This document shows, one piece after another, positions 63,893 through 64,000 of a DNA stretch of 64,000 bases; positions within the stretch are counted from its first letter, which is position 1; each line of letters starts with the position of its first letter. The stretch is from Octopus sinensis. Lineage: Eukaryota. The DNA lies in NCBI RefSeq assembly GCF_006345805.1, contig NC_043001.1, positions 128,526,001 through 128,590,000 of the forward strand, in the 5' to 3' direction. Position numbers and translations under genes: made by a program. The notes under the pieces were generated by a model. The model was given only the letters and a program-made list of their open reading frames with translations. It was not told where the DNA came from and searched no databases.

Positions 63893-64000
63893 AGGCGTAG
63901 GAGTGGCTGTGTGGTAAGTAGCTTGTTTAACAACCACATGGTTCTGGGTTCAGTCTCACTGCGTGGCACCTTGGGCAAGTGTCTTCTACTATAGCCTCGG
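63893..64000 (+). mobile_element. Family A SINE 5' part (runs off the window)
   Basis: ggcgtaggagtggctgtgtggtaagtagcttg...caccttgggcaagtgtct. Confidence 0.88.

Overview
AT-rich, repeat-dense animal genomic DNA, most likely a coleoid cephalopod such as Octopus (inferred from the SINE/LINE families and heavy microsatellite load). There are three spliced protein-coding genes. (1) The last four coding exons of CCAR1 (+, 1531-6908). (2) A two-exon MMAA/MeaB GTPase gene (-, 20560-29280) with a 1-nt frameshift at the conserved IETxGVGQSE motif. (3) The first two coding exons of HPS5 (+, 58362-61953). The rest is tRNA-derived SINEs, RTE and CR1-type LINE fragments, non-autonomous Helitrons, mariner/maT remnants, piggyBac-type MITEs and micro/minisatellites; most ORF-track entries are microsatellite or SINE artefacts. 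The most notable hidden signal is a dispersed set of about 8 type-I hammerhead-ribozyme motifs (CUGANGA...GAAAC-palindrome-NUH). Several have long helix II extensions, sit beside (TA)n tracts or lie within large inverted repeats, consistent with non-autonomous Penelope-like or retrozyme-like elements. A 5S-rRNA-headed SINE-like element (47901-48081) shares its tail with the tRNA SINEs.
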